A stretch of DNA of 64,000 bases, taken from positions 19,268 through 83,267 of IMG/VR virus record IMGVR_UViG_3300030376_004602, one strand, 5' to 3'. Under the pieces are notes generated by a model. That model saw only the letters and a program-made list of their open reading frames with translations, ran no database searches and had not been told where the DNA came from. Below, piece by piece: positions 50,655-60,135 of this stretch (position 1 is the stretch's first letter; each line of letters begins with the position of its first letter). This stretch comes from a virus (Duplodnaviria; Caudoviricetes). Position numbers and translations under genes: made by a program.

Positions 50655-52858
50655 TGAACTTTTGGACAACAGTAAATAACTCCTCTTTTGTTCTGCCTGA
50701 AATCCCTAGCCTCCATCCTATAGCTGATCGTTATGAGTATCGAGACTTTTGGAAACAGCAGAAAAAAAGAATGATCGAAGGGCATTGGGAATCTGGTAAG
50801 TGGATTCCCGGCCCTTTGTATTATTATGTGAACTTCCACAATATACTTGTAGAGGATCCAAAGACACTTGCACAAAAGCCTGGTAAGCCTTGGCTACGTG
50901 ATATAGACTGGGAGTTGTTTTTGTTGTACGAAGAATGCAGAGGTTTCTCAGGTTTCGAAAAAGATGAGAACTACACATGTAATAGATTCCTAGGGCCAGA
51001 CCGTGATAGGATAGAACGTCTAAACATGATGGAGCAGTACATCAGCCTAGGCGTAATAAACAAGGAAGATCTAGACAAAGAGTATGTAGATGCTAGATTA
51101 TACTTACGAACTATCCATGAGGATAACCTAGGAAAACCATTATACCAAAACTCAGCAAAGAATCTAATCTCTATCCAAGCCAGGGGTGGAGGTAAGTCTT
51201 ATGGGTCTGCAGGTATTGGAGCACACAACTGGCTAACAGGTGGAGCCATATCCTATGATGAATACCTAAAAGCAAAGAAGAGTAGACAACCACTGACTTC
51301 AGACACTGTTGTAGGAGCAATCGATGCTAAATGGTCTGGGCCGTTACTAGATAAAATACTATTTGGTATAACTAACTTACCAGGAGAGTTTGAGTACGAG
51401 TCTACAATATTCCCTAGCCCGCTGTATAAGTCATGGTCAGGATCTAAAAGAGAAGGTTCGTTCCTTAAGAACGTAGATGGATCTTACCTGTACCATAGAA
51501 CATTTAAGAATAACCCACTTGCAGGTAACGCAGGTCGTCCTAACCTAGTAATGTTGGATGAGGTCGGCTTCTTTGATATACTTGTAGAAACAATCGGTGC
51601 ACTAGAAGGAGCAGAGGCATCTAAGATGTTTAAGCGTCAGGTTATCTGGATGCTAGGTACTGGTGGTTTTACCAGAGGAGGATCTGTACTATTTGCAGAG
51701 AACGTGTTCCGTAACCCAGACCAATACAACTGTCTAGTATTTGAGGACGAGTTTGAGTCTAGAGGCTCAATAGGATACTTTGTTCCTGTAATCAAAACCC
51801 GTAACCAGCATAAGAAAGGCGACAACCTAGTCACCGATACGTTTACAGCTAATGCAGAAGAAGCAGAGATACGGGAGGGTAAAAAGAAAGACCTAACTAG
51901 ATACCAGGTACACATAATTAACAACCCTTTGTATCCTTCCGAAGCATTCCTTGTAACAGAAGGTACTAGGTTCCCAACTGTACTACTAAAAGACCAACTA
52001 GCAGAAGTACTAGGCGGAAAACTTAAAAGATTCTCTGATGCATCCTACAAAGGTTGGATAAAGTTTAACGACAGATCAGAGCTGTACTTTGATACAGTAC
52101 AAGACAAGACTCCTATCAGGTCCTTTCCTCTAGATAAATACGAAGATAAGAGAGGCCTGGTAGAACTATTTCAAATGCCAAGGAGAGATGAGGATGATAC
52201 TGTAATTACCAATAGGTATATTGGCGGTATCGACGTAGTAGACAAAGCTAGAGCAACTACGTCCTCACTCCCTTCTATTATTATCTTCGATAGAATTACA
52301 AGAACAATCGTAGCAGAGTACACAGGCCGTACTGATGACCCTAAGTACTTCTATGAGGTCTGCCGAAGAATGCTAATGTTCTACAAAGCTACAGCTATGT
52401 ACGAGCAGAACTTTATTGGGCTGTTCAATTACTTTGTTCAGCATAATGCTTCCTATCTACTAGCAGAGACTCCCTACCAACTTAGAAACTCGGACACATA
52501 CCGTCCTGGAACTAATACATCTAAAGGTATCTTTAACTCTGGTAGGATTAACGATACAGGTATAGACTATATCTCTTCGTGGTTGCTTAATCCTATTAAC
52601 CCAGAGTCAGAAAAGCTAATGTTAAATACAATATATTCTCCAGCTATCTTAAAAGAGCTTATCTCATGGAATAAGAAAGGAAACTTTGACCGTGTATCTG
52701 CGTTAATTATGCTTTTTTGGTACGAAGAGACCCTTCATAAAGTTAAAACGGAGATGTCAGAAGCAAAAGTTAGCTTTTTAGAGTCAAATTACTTTGCAAA
52801 GAGAGGATTACTACCCAAAAAGAGATTTGATTGGCAAGATCCGAAAGATTTTATCTAA
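50654..52858 (+). CDS. terL: Terminase large subunit
   Basis: QARGGGKSY (Walker A), MLDEVG (Walker B), GTGG, GGIDVVD nuclease motif and NFDRVSA. Confidence 0.93.
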   Translation: MNFWTTVNNSSFVLPEIPSLHPIADRYEYRDFWKQQKKRMIEGHWESGKWIPGPLYYYVNFHNILVEDPKTLAQKPGKPWLRDIDWELFLLYEECRGFSGFEKDENYTCNRFLGPDRDRIERLNMMEQYISLGVINKEDLDKEYVDARLYLRTIHEDNLGKPLYQNSAKNLISIQARGGGKSYGSAGIGAHNWLTGGAISYDEYLKAKKSRQPLTSDTVVGAIDAKWSGPLLDKILFGITNLPGEFEYESTIFPSPLYKSWSGSKREGSFLKNVDGSYLYHRTFKNNPLAGNAGRPNLVMLDEVGFFDILVETIGALEGAEASKMFKRQVIWMLGTGGFTRGGSVLFAENVFRNPDQYNCLVFEDEFESRGSIGYFVPVIKTRNQHKKGDNLVTDTFTANAEEAEIREGKKKDLTRYQVHIINNPLYPSEAFLVTEGTRFPTVLLKDQLAEVLGGKLKRFSDASYKGWIKFNDRSELYFDTVQDKTPIRSFPLDKYEDKRGLVELFQMPRRDEDDTVITNRYIGGIDVVDKARATTSSLPSIIIFDRITRTIVAEYTGRTDDPKYFYEVCRRMLMFYKATAMYEQNFIGLFNYFVQHNASYLLAETPYQLRNSDTYRPGTNTSKGIFNSGRINDTGIDYISSWLLNPINPESEKLMLNTIYSPAILKELISWNKKGNFDRVSALIMLFWYEETLHKVKTEMSEAKVSFLESNYFAKRGLLPKKRFDWQDPKDFI

Positions 52859-52863
52859 ATTTG
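52856..52863 (+). promoter_or_regulatory. Bacteroidota -7 element TAAATTTG upstream of portal
   Basis: Exact match overlapping the terL stop. Confidence 0.55.
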
Positions 52864-52885
52864 CATAACTTAAAGAAATGTATTA

Positions 52886-55354
52886 ATGGCTGAAGGTAAA
52901 TACACCGGAGAAAGTCTTTCTTCGGACTACAAATCAGGATATAGCTATCCTAATCAAAAGCTACCAGATTCGAAGAAAAACGAAAAGTGGTACAAAAGTA
53001 ATGTAGACTATGCCGAAAAGCTAATTGGCCATAATGAGTTCTACCGTAACGAATACGGTAATAAAACAGAGAACTATAACCTACGTTCTAACATTGTAGA
53101 TATACGCAACTTCGAAAAGTATATCAATCCAGGACAATTAGACATTGATAAGTTCCCTGCAAAGTTTCAACACATAGGTATTGGTAATGCAAAGATAGAT
53201 CTTCTTATAGGAGACTACATTGGCCGCAAGCATGACTACCGTGCTTACATCTCTTCCTCTGACTCAGACGGTAATACTCGTAAAGAAGAAGCCCTAAAAC
53301 GTCAGCTCTTAGAAAGGGTAGCGGAAAACTTAGGTAACCCAGAAATTGGAGAAGAAGAAATACAAAAGCTAGTTAAAGAAATAGACGAGTACGCTAAGTA
53401 CGACTTTCAAGACATTGCAGAGCAAACAGCTAACTCTATCCTTAAGAAAGAGTCTATACAAAACAACTTTGACTTTACATTTACTAGAACATTCGAAGAT
53501 CTTCTCATAGCAGGAGAACAGGTTATGTATATGGATGTACTAGGTGGTAAGCCAGTTATGAGACGGGTAGACCCTAGAAAGGTATTTACTGCAGGTGGAG
53601 GTAACTCCCTATATCTTCATGATAAAGATATTATTGTCCTATACGACTACCATTCAGTAGGACAGATTGTTGACGACTACTGGGACGAGCTTAGTGACAA
53701 AGACGTAAAGAAACTAGAAAGACGAGTAAAGTATGGATCTGACTACGGCCTAGACTATGCTATGGCTAACAGAGGCGCTTCAGCTATACTTGTAAATGAT
53801 ACTGACGGTATTACAGGTAGCGATATCGGATCATCAGACGACGATACAATCAGACTGATGTCTCCATCTAATCTTCAGAAGCATGCCTTTGGAGGAGACT
53901 ATAATGAAGACGGAGAGCTCAGAGTTGTTACAGTATTCTGGAGATCTCGTAGAAAGATTGGCAAACTCAAGTACTTAGATGAGTTTGGAGAAGAACAAAT
54001 AACATATGTAAACGAGCACTACGTCCCTAAGAAAGAAGAGGGGGAGGTAGTTACATACATGTGGATTAACGAATGGCTACGAGGAACAAAGATTGGATCT
54101 GATGTCTATGTAAAGATGCAGCCAGTAGAGCACTCTATTAAGTCTCTTACTAATCTATCTTCAGGCCTACCGCCAATCATTGGTGTTACTATGAATACAA
54201 ATGGTTACAAGATTCAATCTATGATGGACTTGTTAAAACCATTTGACTATGCATATGATATTGGATTCTGGAAGAGAGAGCTAGAAATTGCAACCTTCAA
54301 GGGTACAGCAACAGCAGTAAACGCAGCTCTTATCCCATCAGGCTTTGATCCACAGGAGTGGTTACACTATACATCTGTAGATAAACTGATGTTCCTAGAT
54401 CCTACTCAAGAGATTATGAAGGGACCTTCTCAAGGTAAAGCTGCAGGTACCTTCAATACCTTTATTACTCAAGAGGTATCCATGGGTGCTAATACCCAAG
54501 GTATACAGATGCTTACTAATTATCTAGCATCTATCGAAGGTACTATGGGTAAGATAGCTGGTATCTCTGGAGCAAGAGAAGGAGAGGTTGGTGTACGATC
54601 TTCTGTTAAGACTGTGCAAACTTCTATCGAGCAGTTTACTAAAATTACAGAACGTTGGTTCCAAGTAGACGCAGAGTTCCGTCGTCTATGTTTGACTAAG
54701 TATCTAGAATGCTGTAAGATTGCATACAAGGATAATCCTGCTAATGGTATGTTCTTCCTTGATGATATATCACAAGAGTATATTAATATGTCTGCTGACT
54801 TCTTAGAGTCTGACTTCGACGTACATATCTCTAACTCTACTAAAGACAAAGAGCTATTCGGAGATCTACGCTCGTTAGCTCAAGCAGCTATTCAGAACGG
54901 TCAGGCTACTATAGCAGATCTTGTTACTATTTACTCGACTAACTCTCCTGCTAAGATTTCTCGTAAGCTTAAGGAGTCTATGAATAAACTTAAGGAAGAG
55001 AAACAGCAACAGCAGCAAATGACTCAACAGTCTCAAGAAAGACTTAAGCAGATGGATATGCAGAACAGCGAATTACAACGTCAGTTCCTTGCAGACCAGA
55101 ATCAAAAAGATCGTGACTCTGCAGAACGTATTACTGTTATGAGAGCCCAAGTAGAAGATATGGCATCTCAAAGAAAAGAAAACGTCGATTTAAACAAAAA
55201 CGGAGTTCCTGACGACATAGATCTACTTAAAGCAGAAACAGATGTCGAAAATCGTAAAGAAAGATTAAAATTAGATAAACAAAAACTAGACGAACAGATC
55301 AGACACAATAAAGAATCAGAAAAGATTCAGAAACAAAGGGCGAAAAAACAATAG
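52886..55354 (+). CDS. Portal protein
   Basis: 822 aa, after terL, crAss-type features (IDLLIGD..R, EDLLIAGE, GKIAGISGAREG, Q-rich coiled tail). Confidence 0.9.
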   Translation: MAEGKYTGESLSSDYKSGYSYPNQKLPDSKKNEKWYKSNVDYAEKLIGHNEFYRNEYGNKTENYNLRSNIVDIRNFEKYINPGQLDIDKFPAKFQHIGIGNAKIDLLIGDYIGRKHDYRAYISSSDSDGNTRKEEALKRQLLERVAENLGNPEIGEEEIQKLVKEIDEYAKYDFQDIAEQTANSILKKESIQNNFDFTFTRTFEDLLIAGEQVMYMDVLGGKPVMRRVDPRKVFTAGGGNSLYLHDKDIIVLYDYHSVGQIVDDYWDELSDKDVKKLERRVKYGSDYGLDYAMANRGASAILVNDTDGITGSDIGSSDDDTIRLMSPSNLQKHAFGGDYNEDGELRVVTVFWRSRRKIGKLKYLDEFGEEQITYVNEHYVPKKEEGEVVTYMWINEWLRGTKIGSDVYVKMQPVEHSIKSLTNLSSGLPPIIGVTMNTNGYKIQSMMDLLKPFDYAYDIGFWKRELEIATFKGTATAVNAALIPSGFDPQEWLHYTSVDKLMFLDPTQEIMKGPSQGKAAGTFNTFITQEVSMGANTQGIQMLTNYLASIEGTMGKIAGISGAREGEVGVRSSVKTVQTSIEQFTKITERWFQVDAEFRRLCLTKYLECCKIAYKDNPANGMFFLDDISQEYINMSADFLESDFDVHISNSTKDKELFGDLRSLAQAAIQNGQATIADLVTIYSTNSPAKISRKLKESMNKLKEEKQQQQQMTQQSQERLKQMDMQNSELQRQFLADQNQKDRDSAERITVMRAQVEDMASQRKENVDLNKNGVPDDIDLLKAETDVENRKERLKLDKQKLDEQIRHNKESEKIQKQRAKKQ

Positions 55355-55404
55355 CCCTTGAGATAAATTGTGTAAGACTATTAGAAAGTTTGTGTTTAAC
55401 GTGT

Positions 55405-55412
55405 TAATTTTG
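55405..55412 (+). promoter_or_regulatory. Bacteroidota -7 element TAATTTTG
   Basis: Exact match in the portal-scaffold gap. Confidence 0.55.
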
Positions 55413-55432
55413 TACCTGAAAACATAAGAGCA

Positions 55433-56563
55433 ATGGCAGATGAATTTGAAGGGGTAAAACTGGTAGTACCAGGCCAGCCCCAAAAAGAAGAACCTCAAGC
55501 ACCCACAGAGGGAAAGGAAAACGTTCCAGTAGGAGTAATAGATATGGGAGGAGAAGCCCCAACCAAACAAATGTTTGAAGAGGCTCCAACAACTCCAGAA
55601 ACTACAGAACCTACCTCAACCCCTGAAGCGCCTGAGAAGAAAGACACAGTTTACTCAGCACTTGTAAAAGAGTTAGTAGACAATGGGATTATCGAGCTCC
55701 CAGAAGGTAAAACAATAGAATCTTCAGAAGATCTCGTAGAACTTTTTGATAGCACAGTCAACAATAGAATTAACAACTCTATTAATGATTTCAAAGGTTC
55801 GTTTACAGGAGCAAAGAAAATGTTCCTAGAAATCGAAGATTACTTCGATGATGAGACGGTCGCTATGAGAGTAGCAAAAGACCTTGATTATTATAACAAG
55901 GTAAACGATAGTGTAATTCGTGAGAATGCTAACGTTCAGAAAGACCTCTTATCTCGTTATCTCAGAATGAAGGGTATGAACCAGGATGAGATAACGGAAG
56001 CTTTAAGCGAAGCTGAGGCACTAGCAAAACTCGAAGACAAAGCTTTGCAAGCCTTTCCACAACTTAAGCAAGCAGCCTCCCAGTTTATAGAGGGAAAAAA
56101 ACAGGAAGCAGCTGTTCGCCAACAAGAAGTAGAAAAGCAAAACGAAGAGTTCTTTAGTAATATGCTAAATGCCGTTGACGAAGCTGACGAGCTTGTACCT
56201 GGGGTTTCCTTGACCAAACGTCACAAAGATGCCATTAAAAAAAACATGGTTGATGTGGTGTTCGAAGATCCGGATACAGGCCAGCAACTAACAGAGTTGG
56301 GTTACAAACAGTATAACAACCCTGAAGGTTTCGAAAGGCTGATACAGTTTTACAACGTTCTTGGTTTGTTCAACTCCTCAGATAAAGGAGAGTTCAAGCC
56401 AGATCTTAGTAAACTTGTGAAGCTCACAGAAAAGCAGGTTAAGAAAGGTCTTGACCAGTTAATCCGTGAGCAGCAACAAAGCTCCAACTTTGGCGATGAA
56501 AAATCTGGCGACGCTAAGAAGCTAGATATGTCGTTCTGGGAGGATGCATTTGGAAATGAGTAA
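55433..56563 (+). CDS. Scaffold-like conserved protein preceding the MCP (crAss gene 77 position)
   Basis: Acidic Pro-rich N-terminus, helical body, located between portal and MCP. Confidence 0.7.
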   Translation: MADEFEGVKLVVPGQPQKEEPQAPTEGKENVPVGVIDMGGEAPTKQMFEEAPTTPETTEPTSTPEAPEKKDTVYSALVKELVDNGIIELPEGKTIESSEDLVELFDSTVNNRINNSINDFKGSFTGAKKMFLEIEDYFDDETVAMRVAKDLDYYNKVNDSVIRENANVQKDLLSRYLRMKGMNQDEITEALSEAEALAKLEDKALQAFPQLKQAASQFIEGKKQEAAVRQQEVEKQNEEFFSNMLNAVDEADELVPGVSLTKRHKDAIKKNMVDVVFEDPDTGQQLTELGYKQYNNPEGFERLIQFYNVLGLFNSSDKGEFKPDLSKLVKLTEKQVKKGLDQLIREQQQSSNFGDEKSGDAKKLDMSFWEDAFGNE

Positions 56564-56584
56564 TAAATTTATAAAGTAGCTAAA

Positions 56585-58099
56585 ATGGCTCAGAAACTTT
56601 TTAATACTCAGCTGTACAGACCAAAAGATTTTAAGGGTCTGATTGCTGATAATCACTTTTACGAATTGTACCAACAGAAGCCACAGCTTCTAGACAAAGC
56701 AATTCAACAGATTTACCAAATGAACCTACAAGGTTCAATGGTGAACTTCGTTAACCGTTTCCCTACTATGGAAGTAGATTTGGAGAACGGATTCTACCAA
56801 TGGATGCTCAAAGGTCAAGAGGACAAAAACGTACCTCTTGTTGAGATTCAATCAGGCGCAGGTGGCGCAACCTCTACTGGAGATTCGTTAGGTTCTCAAC
56901 GTCAAAGAGTTCGTCTTGTATTTGATGAGCCTATGTTTGAAAGAACTAACGTAATCAAAGGAGAGACTGATGACTACCACTTCCTTGTAAAAGAAGTACA
57001 TGATGATGGCGGACGTTACGCTTATGAGTGTGAGCTCTTAAACGATGACCTAGCTGTTTCATTTGTAGTAGGTACTGATATTTCAGTTGGAGATCGTTTC
57101 TCTAAGTTCTATGACTTAGTACCAGGTACTCTTTCTTACGAAGGTGCGGAACCTTATTTTACTTCTCCATTCAAAATGCAGAACCGTCTGTCTATGTGCC
57201 GTATGCAGTACAAAGTACCAGGTTCAAGCATTGAGAAAGGTCAGAACGAACCATTGGAGTTCCCATTCATGTACAGAGGCCAGACTGAATCAGTTTGGAT
57301 TAACTACATCGACCTTGTAGTAATGTATCAAGCAGAAGAGCTTATGGCTCGTGCAGCTTTATACGGAAAGAAAAACTGGACAGTTGATTCAGGTTACTTG
57401 AACTTTGACGATGTAACTGGTTTCGAAATCGGTGCAGGTTCTGGATTCTTCGAGCAAATTGCTCCAGCTAACCGTCACATGTATAACACCTTCGATCTTG
57501 ATTACTTGATGGAAGTTGCTCTTGACATGTCTATCGGTAAGATTGGTAGAGGAGATCGTCACCTACATATCATCACTGGTGAGAGAGGTGCTATCGAGAT
57601 CCACAAGCAAATCCAAGCGAAAGCTAACGGAGATACTATCTACAGCAACGTAACTACAGGTAATGGAGCTTACGGAGCTGGTGCTGCTAACAATACTGGA
57701 GCAATCAACCCAATGAGCTTCGGATACCAATTTGTAGAGTATAACTACTACAACGGTATCAAGTTGACTGTTGAGATTGCAGACTTTATGGATGATGATG
57801 TTTACTTCCCTAAACGTCACCCAGAAGGAGCTGGTATTGCTGAGTCACACAGAATGATTGTAATGGGCTTCGGAGAATCTGCAGAGGTTCACAAAGTTCG
57901 TCCAAGAGGTCGTGATGACATGTATGCATACATCGCTGGTTTACGTGATCCATTTACCGCAGGTGGTAAAGGGAAAACTTCTCCAAAGATGGTATCTAGC
58001 CCAATCGATGGATACGAAGTGCACTCCGCTAAGTTTGGTGGTCTAGTAATGAGAGACCCGACTAAGGTCCTTGACTTCCAACTTAACGTTAACCAATAA
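56585..58099 (+). CDS. Major capsid protein
   Basis: 504 aa, codon use typical of highly expressed genes, followed by a strong terminator. crAss-type features (FKMQNRLSMCR, TGERG). Confidence 0.9.
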   Translation: MAQKLFNTQLYRPKDFKGLIADNHFYELYQQKPQLLDKAIQQIYQMNLQGSMVNFVNRFPTMEVDLENGFYQWMLKGQEDKNVPLVEIQSGAGGATSTGDSLGSQRQRVRLVFDEPMFERTNVIKGETDDYHFLVKEVHDDGGRYAYECELLNDDLAVSFVVGTDISVGDRFSKFYDLVPGTLSYEGAEPYFTSPFKMQNRLSMCRMQYKVPGSSIEKGQNEPLEFPFMYRGQTESVWINYIDLVVMYQAEELMARAALYGKKNWTVDSGYLNFDDVTGFEIGAGSGFFEQIAPANRHMYNTFDLDYLMEVALDMSIGKIGRGDRHLHIITGERGAIEIHKQIQAKANGDTIYSNVTTGNGAYGAGAANNTGAINPMSFGYQFVEYNYYNGIKLTVEIADFMDDDVYFPKRHPEGAGIAESHRMIVMGFGESAEVHKVRPRGRDDMYAYIAGLRDPFTAGGKGKTSPKMVSSPIDGYEVHSAKFGGLVMRDPTKVLDFQLNVNQ

Positions 58100-58108
58100 T
58101 AACTAGAT

Positions 58109-58137
58109 AAGAGGGGGTTAATCCCCCCTCTTTCTTT
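58109..58137 (+). terminator. Intrinsic terminator after the MCP
   Basis: AAGAGGGGG/CCCCCTCTT stem followed by TCTTT. Confidence 0.8.
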
Positions 58138-58150
58138 AAAACTTATAACT

Positions 58151-58420
58151 ATGCCAGGAATGAGTAAAGGTATGATGAAAAATAGAGCAGCCGGATATTT
58201 ATACGGAGGCTCAATGGCAAAGCCTAAGAAAAAGAAAAAGCCAATGGCTATGGGAGGTGCTAAAAAAGCAACTGCAATGAAGCACGGAGGAATGAAGCCA
58301 GGTCTTTATATGATGGGAAAAGGTGGCTCATTAAAACAAGTTTACAAAGCTGGAGGTAAAAAACCTTCTCCAGGTGCTGTTAAAATGGCTAAAGGTATTT
58401 TAAAAGCTGCAGGCCAATAA
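58151..58420 (+). CDS. Small basic K/M/G-rich protein with five [MY]xxGG motifs
   Basis: YLYGG, MAMGG, MKHGG, MGKGG and YKAGG within 89 aa. Confidence 0.7.
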   Translation: MPGMSKGMMKNRAAGYLYGGSMAKPKKKKKPMAMGGAKKATAMKHGGMKPGLYMMGKGGSLKQVYKAGGKKPSPGAVKMAKGILKAAGQ

Positions 58421-58451
58421 AGAGTAAATAATAAACAATAAAACAAGAGAG

Positions 58452-59372
58452 ATGGAGCATCCATATTTAGAGAACAGAGTAGTAGAAGTAAAACCTATCG
58501 AAGCCGGAGGCAAATGGAAAGGTATTGTTTCAAACTACAAAGAGAAGGAGAACGATCCTTTTTTATTTAAGAAAGTAGTAAAGTCTTACGAGTTGCCACT
58601 TAATACGGCATCTAAAGGAGGAGGAGTAGTTATCATTCTAGATAACACTATGAAGAGCCTTTGTAAAGATGTTATAGAAGACGGCAAGCCGCAGGAGCTT
58701 ACTGAACAAGAATACTTTGAAGCTATTATTGGTAAGAGCTTGAATCCATACTTGCCTTCTGATACTAACTTCTGGAGAACTGATTCAAGGTCTCGTGTAC
58801 AAATTAGAGACGCTCGCTTACGTCTTGACCTAAACAATCCTATGGATATGTTGAAGTTTAAGATTTTGCAAGCAAATCAAACACGTTTTGCACCTTCTAT
58901 TCAGTCTTTAAAAGAACTACGTAGAGCAAGCTATGAGTGGGTATTTACTTCTGTAGAAGAAGAACGTAACGATACTTTAGCAAGACTCGAAATGGAGAGC
59001 CAAGTATATGCATTGTTTGCTAAGATCTGTACTACTGATCAAGACATGAAAGATTTCTTGAAAGTAGCAGGTAAGAGCCCGTCAGGTAACTCTACAAGCA
59101 AACAGCTTAAAGCAATGGTTGGTAAGATCATGGAGAAAGACAAAGCAACATTTATTGAAATTGCTGCAGATCCTCTCTATGATGATAAAATCTTTATTGC
59201 CGACGCTCGTAAAGCTGGGTTAATTAAAGAGTTTAGAGGTAAGTATACACTCGATACTGGCGAAGAGCTAGGACAAATTAGAGATGTTGTTGCTTATCTA
59301 AATAGAGAAGAAAACCAAGAAGTCAAGATTCGCTTTCAAGCAATCGTAGACTCTAATAAGATTGTAGAATGA
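58452..59372 (+). CDS. Conserved crAss-like protein downstream of the MCP (gene 75 position)
   Basis: LDLNNPMDMLKFKIL-type motif and synteny. Confidence 0.65.
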   Translation: MEHPYLENRVVEVKPIEAGGKWKGIVSNYKEKENDPFLFKKVVKSYELPLNTASKGGGVVIILDNTMKSLCKDVIEDGKPQELTEQEYFEAIIGKSLNPYLPSDTNFWRTDSRSRVQIRDARLRLDLNNPMDMLKFKILQANQTRFAPSIQSLKELRRASYEWVFTSVEEERNDTLARLEMESQVYALFAKICTTDQDMKDFLKVAGKSPSGNSTSKQLKAMVGKIMEKDKATFIEIAADPLYDDKIFIADARKAGLIKEFRGKYTLDTGEELGQIRDVVAYLNREENQEVKIRFQAIVDSNKIVE

Positions 59373-60124
59373 CAGCTAACCAGATGGCAGATGATTTAGA
59401 GATAAGGCTCGACAGAGCCCTATCTTTTGGTTCTCCTGGTTACGAGGACTTTGAACTGAGCAGGGTACTGACTCAGGCAGAGTTCATGTATGTCAAAAAA
59501 TATATATCGGGATTAACAAACCCGAAAAGTTATGGTTTCGAAGAGACAGAGGCCCGTGGTCAGGGTCTCAGTGCTCTTATATTAGATTCGGGTCTTCTAC
59601 CTGTATCAGCCGATCAAACCGGAACGTTAGAAAACGGTACCTTCTTCGACCTTCCAGAGGACTTTATGTTCACTATTCTGGAAACCGCCGATACAGATGC
59701 TGTTGACTGCCGTGCCAAAGACGGCTCGACTCTATTTGCTGAAGTACGAGTTATATCACATGACGAGTTCAACAGATTTAAGAGAAATGTTTACAAGAAA
59801 CCTTATGCCAATGGTTATGATGCCACTGTGTTTAGAATGTACTTTAGCCCTCAAATCAACAGTCTAGATCCTACAGTAGCCGCTACAGCCAAAAGGCATG
59901 AACTAATAACCGACGGTACTTTCAACGTAGTTGATTACCGTATGCGTTATTTACAAAACCCACCTGATATTGTAGTTGATCGTAGTAATACAGATAATCA
60001 GAGAAACTGCATATTGGATGAGTTTACCCACGATGTTATCGTGGACCTTGCGAGAGATTTAATGCTTGAAATTGTTAAAGAGCAAAAACTCGACGCAGAA
60101 ATTGATATAGATAACTTTGAATAA
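59369..60124 (+). CDS. Head-tail ring/adaptor-like protein (gene 74 position)
   Basis: EISxxLTQA-like N-terminus, YRMRYLQNP and CILDEFTH...IVDLA, plus synteny. Confidence 0.65.
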   Translation: MTANQMADDLEIRLDRALSFGSPGYEDFELSRVLTQAEFMYVKKYISGLTNPKSYGFEETEARGQGLSALILDSGLLPVSADQTGTLENGTFFDLPEDFMFTILETADTDAVDCRAKDGSTLFAEVRVISHDEFNRFKRNVYKKPYANGYDATVFRMYFSPQINSLDPTVAATAKRHELITDGTFNVVDYRMRYLQNPPDIVVDRSNTDNQRNCILDEFTHDVIVDLARDLMLEIVKEQKLDAEIDIDNFE

Positions 60125-60135
60125 ACTTTTGAATT

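Noticed and set aside
50654-52858. Possible intron or intein in terL, and likewise in polA and dnaB
   Set aside because: The ORFs are uninterrupted and of ordinary size, with no splice-junction or homing-endonuclease motifs seen.
60112-60119. TAACTTTG upstream of the 434-aa structural gene
   Set aside because: It matches TAnnTTTG but lies in coding sequence (DNFE) with no -33 element, so it was left uncalled.
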